DNA of 7,407 bases from a virus (taxonomy: Duplodnaviria > Heunggongvirae > Uroviricota > Caudoviricetes), in the IMG/VR virus record IMGVR_UViG_3300028976_000046. One strand, given 5' to 3'. A model generated the notes under the pieces. It was not told the origin of the DNA. It searched no databases and saw only the letters and a list, made by a program, of their open reading frames with translations. The position numbers and the translations under genes were made by a program. Of the stretch, positions 1 through 7,231 are shown one piece after another. Positions within the stretch are counted from its first letter, which is position 1. The number at the start of each line of letters is the position of its first letter.

Positions 1-318
1 ATGAAAAAGATAGCTGCTATATCATTAATTAGTGTTTTTCTTATGTCTGGGTGTGCTGTACATAATGATGAGACAAGTATCGGTAAATTTGGTCTTGCAT
101 ATAAAAGTAATATTCAGCGTAAACTCGATAACCAATACTACACCGAAGCCGAAGCTTCTTTAGCCAGGGGTAGAATATCTGGTGCAGAAAATATAGTAAA
201 AAATGATGCAGTTCATTTCTGTGTTACTCAGGGCAAAAAAATGCAGATAGTTGACCTGAAGACAGAAGGTGCAGGATTACATGGCGTCGCTCGTCTGACA
301 TTCAAATGTGGAGAGTGA
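1..318 (+). CDS. Small putative secreted protein or lipoprotein (105 aa), function unknown; AT-rich gene in the flank left of the att core
   Basis: ORF starts exactly at window position 1. N-terminus MKKIAAISLISVFLMSGC is a signal peptide with a lipobox-like LMSGC (Cys18). Low GC compared with the phage region. Its size (105 aa) and position would fit E. coli yegR beside the cyaR/P2 locI site, but that is synteny reasoning from memory, not sequence recognition. Confidence 0.55.
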   Translation: MKKIAAISLISVFLMSGCAVHNDETSIGKFGLAYKSNIQRKLDNQYYTEAEASLARGRISGAENIVKNDAVHFCVTQGKKMQIVDLKTEGAGLHGVARLTFKCGE

Positions 319-337
319 GAATAGATTCAAGACTACC

Positions 338-463
338 ATGCACATATTTATTTTATCTGTGATGGGATATTCTTCAACACCATTATTGAATGTGAGTAAT
401 AATGACAAACAGATAGATGAAACTAAAGCAGAATTTTTATTTTATGCAGCCATCAGAAAATGA
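338..463 (+). CDS. Possible micro-ORF (41 aa) with hydrophobic N-terminus, directly downstream of the lipoprotein gene
   Basis: ATG at 338 to TGA at 461-463 reads MHIFILSVMGYSSTPLLNVSNNDKQIDETKAEFLFYAAIRK. It is below the length cut-off of the supplied ORF track. No clear Shine-Dalgarno sequence, and the region is AT-rich, so a chance ORF is quite possible. Confidence 0.15.
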   Translation: MHIFILSVMGYSSTPLLNVSNNDKQIDETKAEFLFYAAIRK

Positions 464-646
464 TGTCAAAAATGTTCCAATGCTTTAGGTTCATTTTTTG
501 GTAAGCGTCAAACATGCGCGTTCTGGCTGTGCGTAACCGGAACCTGTGCGAGCACGATGTCGATAAGTGAAAAGCATCGTGCTATGAAGGAGGATTCTAT
601 CGATGTGGTCAATGGAAGACGGTGACCAGGGATAGGGCTTATGCAT

Positions 647-673
647 AAAAAATAAGCCCGTGTAAGGGAGATT
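647..673. other. attL: P2-type attachment core (27 bp), interpreted as the attL junction between host flank and prophage P' arm
   Basis: Sequence AAAAAATAAGCCCGTGTAAGGGAGATT equals the 27-bp P2 att core as I recall it. It lies about 80 bp beyond the 3' end of int, as in P2 where int is transcribed toward attP. On the minus strand it reads AATCTCCCTTACACGGGCTTATTTTTT, a short GC stem plus T-run identical to my recollection of the 3' end of the CyaR sRNA (the locI attB). Confidence 0.55.
647..673 (-). terminator. Probable intrinsic terminator for int, formed by the att core on the minus strand
   Basis: Minus-strand reading CCCUUACACGGG followed by CUUAUUUUUU: a short GC stem and U-run located downstream of the int stop at 753. 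Confidence 0.35.
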
Positions 674-752
674 TAGGGTGTCACCAGTAGGGGCTTTCAA
701 CGGTACAATGCGGGTTTGAGCGGCATAAATTACCACTGAAAGCCCTTAAACG

Positions 753-1762
753 TTACTCTACTGTGGACACTGTGTGGACACTCTCGGCCTCAGTACCACC
801 TCTTAGCGGATTAAGAGAAATGGCGTCCTGAAGGTACTCTGGCGCAAAATGAGCGTAAACCATAGTTTGCTCAATCCGCGTGTGACCTAGTATCCGTTGT
901 AGCGTGATAATACTTCCTCCATTAATCATGAAATGAGTGGCAAAGCTGTGCCTTAGTGCATGTGTGGCTTGCCCCATTGGCAAATCCGGTTTTATTGCTT
1001 TCATTGTTCGTCTGAAGCGAGGGTAATCAGCATCAGGGAATAAAAAACCTCGTTTGTTATCCGCGATCATTTTGGCAACAGCCTCTGAGATCGGGACGGT
1101 GCGTGGTTTGTTTTCGTTTTAACAAACGTGACGCGGTTATGGATGATATTTTCTGCTTTCAAACGAGCTGCTTCTCCCCAACGTGCTCCAGTACTCAGGC
1201 AAAGAATCGCAATCTTTTTGTTGTCGCCGTCAAGAGCAGCAAGCAGTAAGGCAATTTCTTCCTGCGTGAGATAGCCTGTGTCTGGTTTTTCCTCCTTAAG
1301 CCTTTTTGTCCCTCTGATAGGGTGCTCACCAAAGAATAACTCCGCTTCAATCAGGGCTGTAAACATGCCGCTAATACATGTTAAATCACGATTGATACTC
1401 GAAGGTTTAATACCCTGACTTCTTCGGGTGGCGCAGTACTGGCTGATAAGCGATTTCGTAATTTGAAATGCGCATGGGTTATTCGTTATTTTTGTGAAGA
1501 TTTCAATTTTTCCAAGATTAGATTTCCCATGCTCTTCGTGTTTACCCTTTAAATCCCACCAGATCTGTGTCAGCTCCGACAGACGTCGCTTGTCTGTTGG
1601 TTTTGATAGCCATTCTTTATTGTGGTGGTTGTACAACGTGTATTTCTCGAAAGCGACAGCTTCGCTTTTCTTATCAAACTTCCTACGGATGCGTTTTCCA
1701 TTACGTCCAGTAGGGCGGATGTCCACTTCATATCGACCATCATCGAGTTTTTTGATTGCCAT
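753..1762 (-). pseudogene. int: P2-type tyrosine integrase, disrupted by a frameshift and read as two ORFs (N-terminal part 1067-1762, C-terminal part 753-1070)
   Basis: The two adjacent minus-strand ORFs (231 aa and 105 aa) are in different frames and together give about 337 aa. The C-terminal part contains the catalytic-domain motifs HALRHSFATHF and LGHTRIEQTMVYAHF with the active-site Tyr. The frame change maps to the AAAACAAACC run (plus-strand GGTTTGTTTT, about 1104-1113). A sequencing error cannot be excluded. Confidence 0.8.
762..781. promoter_or_regulatory. Tandem direct repeats TGTGGACAC x2, candidate Int arm-type binding sites of the P' arm, overlapping the 3' end of int
   Basis: Copies at 762-770 and 773-781, 11 bp apart. 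TGTGGACA is the P2 Int arm-site consensus as I remember it. A second feature nearby is a 9-bp inverted pair GGGCTTTCA (691-699) and TGAAAGCCC (738-746). Confidence 0.4.
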
Positions 1763-1877
1763 CAGAAAACCCTCCGAGTGGTGTGTTTTTTTGCGACTAC
1801 TAATCGCTTTTTTCGTGGTGGCTGAAATTTAGCCACCAATAGTAGGCACTTGTGATGAATATATTCACGATGAATTG

Positions 1878-2177
1878 TTAACCAGTCTTTTGACCGGAGT
1901 GGGGCGACGTTGTTTCGTTTTGCCCAAAGTGTGCGAGAGCGGGCGCAATTTGCCCGGACTCAGGAGCGACCTGATTGGTCATGAACCATAAAGTGTATTT
2001 GGTGAATTGTGGGGTCTGCAGGATGTTCATCATGACATCTGTTGGAGGTGTTGAACGACCACTTTCATAGTAACTCAGCGTGCCATACGGAACCCCTGTT
2101 AAATCAGCAAGTTGTTGTCTGCTCAAATACTCTGATTTTCGCATTAAGACTATCTTCTCGCTTATCGTGTTTGACAT
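1878..2177 (-). CDS. C: Immunity repressor C (99 aa)
   Basis: 99-aa ORF divergent from cox, with an HTH segment (LSRQQLADLTGVPYGTLSYYESG). Length and sequence match my recollection of P2 C. Its start codon (2175-2177) overlaps the -35 of the early promoter. Confidence 0.85.
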   Translation of the reverse strand: MSNTISEKIVLMRKSEYLSRQQLADLTGVPYGTLSYYESGRSTPPTDVMMNILQTPQFTKYTLWFMTNQVAPESGQIAPALAHFGQNETTSPHSGQKTG

Positions 2178-2210
2178 GGTGTTTAGATCTCAATAGTATT
2201 TGGTTTAGAT
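2171..2210 (+). promoter_or_regulatory. Early promoter Pe with operator direct repeats O1/O2
   Basis: -35 TTGACA at 2171-2176, a 17-bp spacer, and -10 TAGTAT at 2194-2199. Two identical 8-mers GTTTAGAT at 2181-2188 and 2203-2210, 22 bp centre to centre, flank the -10, which is the P2 C-operator arrangement. Confidence 0.6.
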
Positions 2211-2240
2211 GTAGATTGTTTAGTGCTTGGATGTGGGCAC

Positions 2241-2270
2241 TAAAAGGCATTATAAGGCATTAAACGCAAT
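2241..2270 (-). promoter_or_regulatory. Candidate Pc (repressor promoter) -10 with three tandem 10-bp cox-box-like repeats
   Basis: Minus-strand TATAAT (plus coordinates 2249-2254), oriented toward C and convergent with Pe. Tandem units TAAAAGGCAT, TATAAGGCAT and TAAACGCAAT at 2241-2270; the third contains TTAAACGCA, fitting the recalled Cox-box consensus TTAAA(G/C)NCA. The -35 is weak. Confidence 0.4.
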
Positions 2271-2291
2271 TCATGAGGGCTGGGGGACGAC

Positions 2292-2567
2292 ATGAGCAAG
2301 CAAGTAACACTCATGACTGATGCGATTCCTTATCAGGAGTTCGCAAAACTAATAGGAAAATCGACAGGAGCGGTTCGTCGGATGATCGATAAAGGAAAGC
2401 TGCCTGTAATTGATATGACCGATCCACAATCAGCTTCAGGTCGTGCAGGTGAATATTGGGTATACCTTCCGGCATGGAATAACGGACTAAAACTGGCTTA
2501 TGAAAGCCGCCCTAAAGAGATTCGTGACGGCTGGTTGATGTGGTTAGGTCTCGGTGAACCACGTTAA
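2292..2567 (+). CDS. cox: Cox (91 aa): excisionase and repressor of Pc
   Basis: 91-aa ORF, first gene rightward from Pe, with a G-rich ribosome-binding site upstream. Sequence matches my recollection of P2 Cox. Confidence 0.85.
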   Translation: MSKQVTLMTDAIPYQEFAKLIGKSTGAVRRMIDKGKLPVIDMTDPQSASGRAGEYWVYLPAWNNGLKLAYESRPKEIRDGWLMWLGLGEPR

Positions 2568-2577
2568 GGAGAACCGT

Positions 2578-2748
2578 ATGAACGAGCCTCGTTGTATTGC
2601 TCAGTTATTGCGTAACGAAAGCCCCAGGGCGATTGACTTCACCATCACCCACGGTAAGGGGCGTAAGGGAATCATTATCCGCACCAAAAAACAGAGTCCG
2701 TTAAAGAAGGCTCTGACCTTTCTGAAAAGCCGGAGGGTCTGGAAATGA
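2578..2748 (+). CDS. Small early protein, P2 orf78-like (56 aa from the ATG; the ORF track extends it to a GTG at 2554)
   Basis: ATG at 2578 is preceded by AAGGAGA at 2565-2571. The stop overlaps the B start (ATGA). Position between cox and B matches P2 orf78. Confidence 0.55.
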   Translation: MNEPRCIAQLLRNESPRAIDFTITHGKGRKGIIIRTKKQSPLKKALTFLKSRRVWK

Positions 2749-3245
2749 CAGTGATGACGCTCAATCTCGTCGAAAAACAGCCAGCAGCTATGCGCCGGAT
2801 AATTGGCAAGCATCTTGCCGTCCCTCGCTGGCAGGAGACATGTGATTATTATAATCAGATGATGGAGCGCGAACGGCTAACGGTTTGCTTTCATGCGCAG
2901 TTAAAACAACGTCACGCAACGATGCGTTTTGAAGAAATGAACGACGTCGAACGTGAACGGCTGGTTTGTGCAATTGATGAACTGCGTGGGGCATTCTCAA
3001 AACGCCGTCAGGTCGGTGCAAGTGAGTATGCATATATTAGTTTTTTAACAGTCAGTCAGCGTCGTACTTTATTTATGCATGCGGGATTGACAGAAAAAGA
3101 ATTCAATCAGCCGTACTGGCGCATTAATGAAGAATCATGTTACTGGCGTGATGCTTTATTCCGTGCATTACGTGAATTGTTCAGCCTGTTTGAGTATGCA
3201 CCGACAATTCTGACATCGGTAAAACCAGAGCAATATCTGCATTAA
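2745..3245 (+). CDS. B: Replication protein B (166 aa), needed for lagging-strand synthesis and thought to act as a helicase loader
   Basis: 166-aa ORF translationally coupled to orf78; size and position as in P2 gene B. Confidence 0.75.
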   Translation: MTVMTLNLVEKQPAAMRRIIGKHLAVPRWQETCDYYNQMMERERLTVCFHAQLKQRHATMRFEEMNDVERERLVCAIDELRGAFSKRRQVGASEYAYISFLTVSQRRTLFMHAGLTEKEFNQPYWRINEESCYWRDALFRALRELFSLFEYAPTILTSVKPEQYLH

Positions 3246-3266
3246 GTAAGTAACCAGAGTTTCTAA

Positions 3267-3294
3267 CGCACTTAATTGTGCGGGGCTTCTTTTT
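3267..3294 (+). terminator. Weak hairpin plus T-run downstream of B (possible attenuator)
   Basis: CGCAC (3267-3271), loop TTAATT, GTGCG (3278-3282), then GGGCTTCTTTTTG. The stem is only 5 bp, so this is tentative. Confidence 0.25.
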
Positions 3295-3308
3295 GCCTGG
3301 AGAAAGTC

Positions 3309-3533
3309 ATGCATACAGTTTCTGAAAATCAGTGCGGTAAATACGCATTACTGCTGCAACAGACCAGAACCGAAGCACAGGCCGACGCGGCGACGCGCTT
3401 TTCTTCTCATCTTGACGCCATGATTCGCCACATCACAAAGGCGGAGTTATCCCGCGTGGAGATAGTCGAGCTGCTCAGTCAGGAGTCGGAAAAATTTCAC
3501 AATATCGGATTGTCTCGCGGGGAGGTACTTTGA
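3309..3533 (+). CDS. Small early protein, P2 orf80-like (74 aa from the ATG; track ORF begins at TTG 3276)
   Basis: ATG at 3309 preceded by GGAGAAA. Protein [17 protein letters not shown]... has no recognisable domain. Confidence 0.55.
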   Translation: MHTVSENQCGKYALLLQQTRTEAQADAATRFSSHLDAMIRHITKAELSRVEIVELLSQESEKFHNIGLSRGEVL

Positions 3534-3832
3534 TGTCCTGTTCTCATTCAGTTGTATTACTGAATAACGCCTTAAAAATCGCCGTTATGGAAAATGGTGA
3601 TTTGTCTCTTATTCAACTTTGTCTTGATAAAGAAAAACGCGACATAACTGAATCTGTTATCGCGATTTATCAGAATGAATTAAACCTCCTGTCTGATGTG
3701 GTCAATTTACTTGTTAAACGCGCTGTATTCCACAAGCAAATTTCCTCCGTGGATGAACTGACAAAATTAACGACAGAACTTGCCAGTTATTGCGCTGATG
3801 TATCCAGGAAACTTAACGATAAAAGGAGCTGA
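3533..3832 (+). CDS. Small early protein, P2 orf81-like (99 aa), predicted helical, function unknown
   Basis: ATG at 3533 overlaps the orf80 stop (TGATG) and is preceded by GGGGAGG, indicating translational coupling. Confidence 0.55.
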   Translation: MSCSHSVVLLNNALKIAVMENGDLSLIQLCLDKEKRDITESVIAIYQNELNLLSDVVNLLVKRAVFHKQISSVDELTKLTTELASYCADVSRKLNDKRS

Positions 3833-3834
3833 TA

Positions 3835-4059
3835 ATGCCGGACAACGTAGATTTTATTCAGGAACAACAGGCTGAATTACTGGAGCGCCAGATTAACGCG
3901 GCAAGGGTAAAACATTGCGGTGCTTCTGCGCTGGTTTGCGAAGAGTGTGACGCGCCAATACCTGCTGCCCGTCGTGCGGCTTATCCGTCAGCCACGCGTT
4001 GTGTTTCCTGTCAGTCAGTCTTTGAAGCAAAAAACAAACATTACCGGAGAACGGCATGA
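3835..4059 (+). CDS. DksA/TraR-family C4 zinc-finger protein (74 aa), P2 orf82-like
   Basis: CxxC...CxxC arrangement (CEECDAPIPAARRAAYPSATRCVSCQ) near the C-terminus, typical of the TraR/DksA C4 zinc-finger family. AAGGAG ribosome-binding site upstream. Confidence 0.7.
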   Translation: MPDNVDFIQEQQAELLERQINAARVKHCGASALVCEECDAPIPAARRAAYPSATRCVSCQSVFEAKNKHYRRTA

Positions 4060-4331
4060 GTATTCGTATTGAAATTGGCGAACGTTATGTCGTTACCAGT
4101 GACAGCTTTCAGTTTATTCTCCACGAGAAAAAGAGAGCGGAAAGCGGTAAAAACGCCGGTCAGGAATGGCTGGCAGTGGTTGGTTATTACCCGAAATTAA
4201 GCCAGCTCGTTTCCGGCCTGATGCATCACGATATTCTGACCGGAAGCGCAAAGTCTTTCGCTGATTTAAACGCGCAGGTTGAGCAACTCAGCAGGCGTTG
4301 TTCAGAGGCTTTTGGCTCATATGGCCGTTAA
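4056..4331 (+). CDS. Small early protein, P2 orf83-like (91 aa), function unknown
   Basis: ATG overlaps the orf82 stop (ATGA). It is the last small ORF before gene A. Confidence 0.55.
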   Translation: MSIRIEIGERYVVTSDSFQFILHEKKRAESGKNAGQEWLAVVGYYPKLSQLVSGLMHHDILTGSAKSFADLNAQVEQLSRRCSEAFGSYGR

Positions 4332-4701
4332 AGCCTCCGGGCGTTTTGTCCCTCCGTCAGCATTTGCCGCAGGCACCGGTGAGACGTTTACCGGTGCTTA
4401 TGCATGGAATGCGCCACGCGAGGCCGTCGGGCGCGAAAGACCCCTTACACGTGACGAGATGCGTCAGGTGCAAGGTGTTTTATCCACGATTAATCGCCTG
4501 CCTTACTTTTTGCGCTCGCTGTTTACTTCACGCTATGACTACATCCGGCGCAATAAAAGCCCGGTGCACGGGTTTTATTTCCTCACATCCACTTTTCAGC
4601 GTCGTTTATGGCCGCGCATTGAGCGTGTGAATCAGCGCCATGAAATGAACACCGACGCGTCGTTGCTGTTTCTGGCAGAGCGTGACCATTATGCGCGTCT
4701 G
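4321..4701 (+). pseudogene. A: 5' fragment (about 127 codons) of rolling-circle replication initiator gene A, interrupted by an IS
   Basis: From MAVKASGRFVPPSAFAAGTG... to ...LLFLAERDHYARL the sequence agrees with my recollection of the P2 gpA N-terminus (761 aa in P2). After codon 127 the reading frame runs into the IS terminal repeat and stops at 4750-4752. Confidence 0.75.
4698..4701. repeat. Candidate 4-bp target-site duplication TCTG (left copy; right copy at 7281-7284)
   Basis: TCTG directly abuts both ends if the IS spans 4702-7280. A 4-bp duplication is known for IS21. With this model the A reading frame continues in phase across the insertion. Confidence 0.4.
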
Positions 4702-4773
4702 CGTATTTTCATGAAAGGAGATCACTCAATAACTTCCATCGAGATCGGGTAATAACATTTGAACAGATCGCTG

Positions 4774-4837
4774 AATAACATCGATGGAGATCACTTTTGA
4801 CTCATTTTGTTATTCAGTGATCTCCATCAATGTTATT
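4774..4837. repeat. Internal inverted pair of the terminal-repeat motif in the IS left end
   Basis: AATAACATCGATGGAGATCAC (4774-4794) and GTGATCTCCATCAATGTTATT (4817-4837) are inverted copies matching at 20 of 21 positions, separated by a 22-bp spacer, in the istA leader. Confidence 0.6.
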
Positions 4838-4892
4838 GGAACTTCACAGGTGTGTTGATCTGTATCTTTTGCCATTCCGGTAAAGGATACCT

Positions 4893-6434
4893 ATGCCAAC
4901 AGTTCCAATTTCTATGAGAAAACTTAAAGAAATTCTTAGGCTTAAATACGGTGTTGGACTCAGCCATCGACAAATTGGTCGTAGTCTTGCAATCTCCCCT
5001 TCCGTTGTATCCAGATATGCTAATCGGGCGGCTCAACTTGGCATAAAGCAGTGGCCCTTACCTACAGGATGGGATGATACAAAACTAAAACATGCGTTCC
5101 TTCAGACCCAGGTTAAGATGAAGAAGCACTCTCTGCCTGACTGGGCTACAGTACACCGGGAACTGCGTAATAAATGCGTGACGCTGCAGCTACTCTGGGA
5201 AGAATACTGTGAGCGTAATCCAGGCGGTTTTTACAGCTATAACCATTACTGCCGGATGTACCGTGAATGGCTCAAAACCACTTCACCATCAATGCGTCAG
5301 GTACATAAAGCTGGCGAAAAACTTTTCGTTGATTACTGTGGACCTACCGTTGGCGTTACCGACCCTGAGACCGGAGAAATAAGAACTGCTCAGGTCATCG
5401 TAGCTGTTCTCGGGGCATCAAGTTACACATGGGCAGAGGCCACCTGGTCTCAGCAGCTTGAAGACTGGGTGATGAGTCATGTTCGCTGCTTCCAGTGGTT
5501 GGGTGGCGTTCCTGAACTTGTTGTTCCGGACAATCTGAAAAGCGCCACATCCAGGGCATGTAAGTATGATCCTGACGTTAACCCTACCTACCAGCAGATG
5601 CTTGAGCATTATAATGTCGCAGTTTTGCCTGCGCGGCCACGTAAACCGAAAGATAAAGCCAAAGCTGAAGTTGGCGTTCAGGTTGTTGAACGCTGGATCA
5701 TGGCCCGAATCAGGCATGAGATCTTCTACAGCCTTGCATCGCTTAATCAGCGCATTCGGGAGTTGCTGGAAAGACTGAATAACAAAATAATGCAGAAGTT
5801 GGGTTATTCACGTGCAGAACTCTTCATCCAGCTTGATAAACCCGCACTGAAGCCTCTTCCTGAAGCCAGTTACAGTTACACCCTGGTGAAGAAAGTCAGA
5901 GTTCATGCCGATTACCACGTGGAAATCGACAAACATTACTACTCGGTTCCATGTTCGCTGTTAGGCCAGCAACTGGAAGCATGGATCTCCGGAGAACTGG
6001 TAAGACTCTTCAATCAGGGGCAGGAGGTTGCTGTGCACCCGCGCAAGCGTACTTATGGCTACAGTACCCGCAACGAGCACATGCCTGAAGCTCATCGACA
6101 GCATGCCACCTGGACGCCAGAGCGTCTTCTGGAATGGGCGGGGCACATAGGCAGTGAAACTCATAGTTATGTGCTTCATATACTGAACTCTCGTCCACAT
6201 CCGGAACAAAGCTATCGCTTCTGCCTTGGACTCCTGAACCTTCATAAAAAATACAGTAAAGCCAGACTTAATGCAGCATGTGCAAGAGCTCTGAAAACAA
6301 AGGTATGGCGTCTGTCAGGTATTAAATCGATCCTGGAAAAAGGTCTGGATAAACAACCTGTTCAGGATCCAAAACCAGATCTGTTATCCACGATGGAACA
6401 CGAAAACGTACGCGGCAGTGAGTATTACCACTGA
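4893..6434 (+). CDS. istA: IS21-family transposase IstA (513 aa)
   Basis: N-terminal HTH (LSHRQIGRSLAISPSVVSRYA), long catalytic region, immediately followed by istB. Ribosome-binding site AAAGGA upstream. Confidence 0.9.
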   Translation: MPTVPISMRKLKEILRLKYGVGLSHRQIGRSLAISPSVVSRYANRAAQLGIKQWPLPTGWDDTKLKHAFLQTQVKMKKHSLPDWATVHRELRNKCVTLQLLWEEYCERNPGGFYSYNHYCRMYREWLKTTSPSMRQVHKAGEKLFVDYCGPTVGVTDPETGEIRTAQVIVAVLGASSYTWAEATWSQQLEDWVMSHVRCFQWLGGVPELVVPDNLKSATSRACKYDPDVNPTYQQMLEHYNVAVLPARPRKPKDKAKAEVGVQVVERWIMARIRHEIFYSLASLNQRIRELLERLNNKIMQKLGYSRAELFIQLDKPALKPLPEASYSYTLVKKVRVHADYHVEIDKHYYSVPCSLLGQQLEAWISGELVRLFNQGQEVAVHPRKRTYGYSTRNEHMPEAHRQHATWTPERLLEWAGHIGSETHSYVLHILNSRPHPEQSYRFCLGLLNLHKKYSKARLNAACARALKTKVWRLSGIKSILEKGLDKQPVQDPKPDLLSTMEHENVRGSEYYH

Positions 6435-6445
6435 TACGGGATCCA

Positions 6446-7195
6446 ATGATGAATCATCTTTACGAACAACTGACCGCACTTAAACTCACCGGCTTCCGTG
6501 ATGCGCTTAAAAAGCAACTTGCTCAGCCGGGCACATACCAGGAGCTGGGCTTCGAAGAACGCCTGTCATTACTGACAGCAGAAGAACTAACCTGCCGTGA
6601 AAACAGGAAGGCAGAGCGTCTGATCAAACATGCACGGTTCAGACTTAATGCTGAGTTATCAAAGCTGGATTATCGTAACAATAGAGGGCTGGACAGGGCC
6701 CTCATCCGTTCACTCAGTCAGGGAAACTGGTTAACCCTGAAACAAAATATTTTACTGACCGGGGCCACCGGCAGCGGTAAAACGTTCCTGGCATGTGCAC
6801 TTGGTCATAATGCCTGCCGACAGGGATACAAGGTCTACTATTATCGCCTTAAAGCGCTGATGGAACAGTGCTATCAGGGGCATGCTGATGGAAGATACAG
6901 CAAACTTTTGACCAGGCTGAATAATAGCGATCTGCTGCTTCTGGATGACTGGGGGCTGGAACCTCTCTCATCAGAACAGCGTAGCGACCTGCTGGAAATA
7001 GTGGATCTGATGTACCAACGAGGCTCAATCATCGTAGTGAGCCAGTTGCCGGTGGAAAACTGGTACAAAATGATCGGAGACTCCACACATGCGGATGCCA
7101 TCCTAGATCGACTGGTTCATGGCAGTATCAAGATCGAACTTAAAGGAGAATCAATGCGGAAAATACAATCACCGTTGACCGAAGGAGATCAGTGA
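6446..7195 (+). CDS. istB: IS21-family ATP-binding helper protein IstB (249 aa)
   Basis: Walker A GATGSGKT and Walker B LLLLDDWG motifs; starts 11 bp after the istA stop. Confidence 0.9.
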   Translation: MMNHLYEQLTALKLTGFRDALKKQLAQPGTYQELGFEERLSLLTAEELTCRENRKAERLIKHARFRLNAELSKLDYRNNRGLDRALIRSLSQGNWLTLKQNILLTGATGSGKTFLACALGHNACRQGYKVYYYRLKALMEQCYQGHADGRYSKLLTRLNNSDLLLLDDWGLEPLSSEQRSDLLEIVDLMYQRGSIIVVSQLPVENWYKMIGDSTHADAILDRLVHGSIKIELKGESMRKIQSPLTEGDQ

Positions 7196-7231
7196 AGGTA
7201 ATTTAAAAACGGTTCTGTGAAAGTGACACGA

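Noticed and set aside
491-736. 81-aa minus-strand ORF in the lipoprotein-to-int intergenic region
   Set aside because: It spans the att core and non-coding arm sequence, has no ribosome-binding site and no recognisable features; most likely a chance ORF.
647-760. A complete CyaR-like sRNA gene on the minus strand ending at the att core
   Set aside because: Only the last ~27 nt (the core and terminator) match the CyaR 3' end I recall; the upstream sequence does not resemble the CyaR 5' region, as expected for the attL side where the phage arm replaces it.
1494-1832. Plus-strand ORFs of 112 and 67 aa overlapping int
   Set aside because: Antisense to a well-supported integrase gene with low-complexity translation; shadow ORFs.
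2042-2263. 73-aa plus-strand ORF overlapping C and the Pe/Pc switch
   Set aside because: Antisense to C and crossing the promoter and operator region; the translation is not protein-like.
2601-3033. Two minus-strand ORFs (70 and 81 aa) inside orf78 and B
   Set aside because: Antisense shadow ORFs within the coupled early operon, with no start signals.
5418-6245. Several short ORFs on both strands inside istA, and one (6874-7101) inside istB
   Set aside because: All lie within well-supported transposase genes and are overlapping-frame artefacts.
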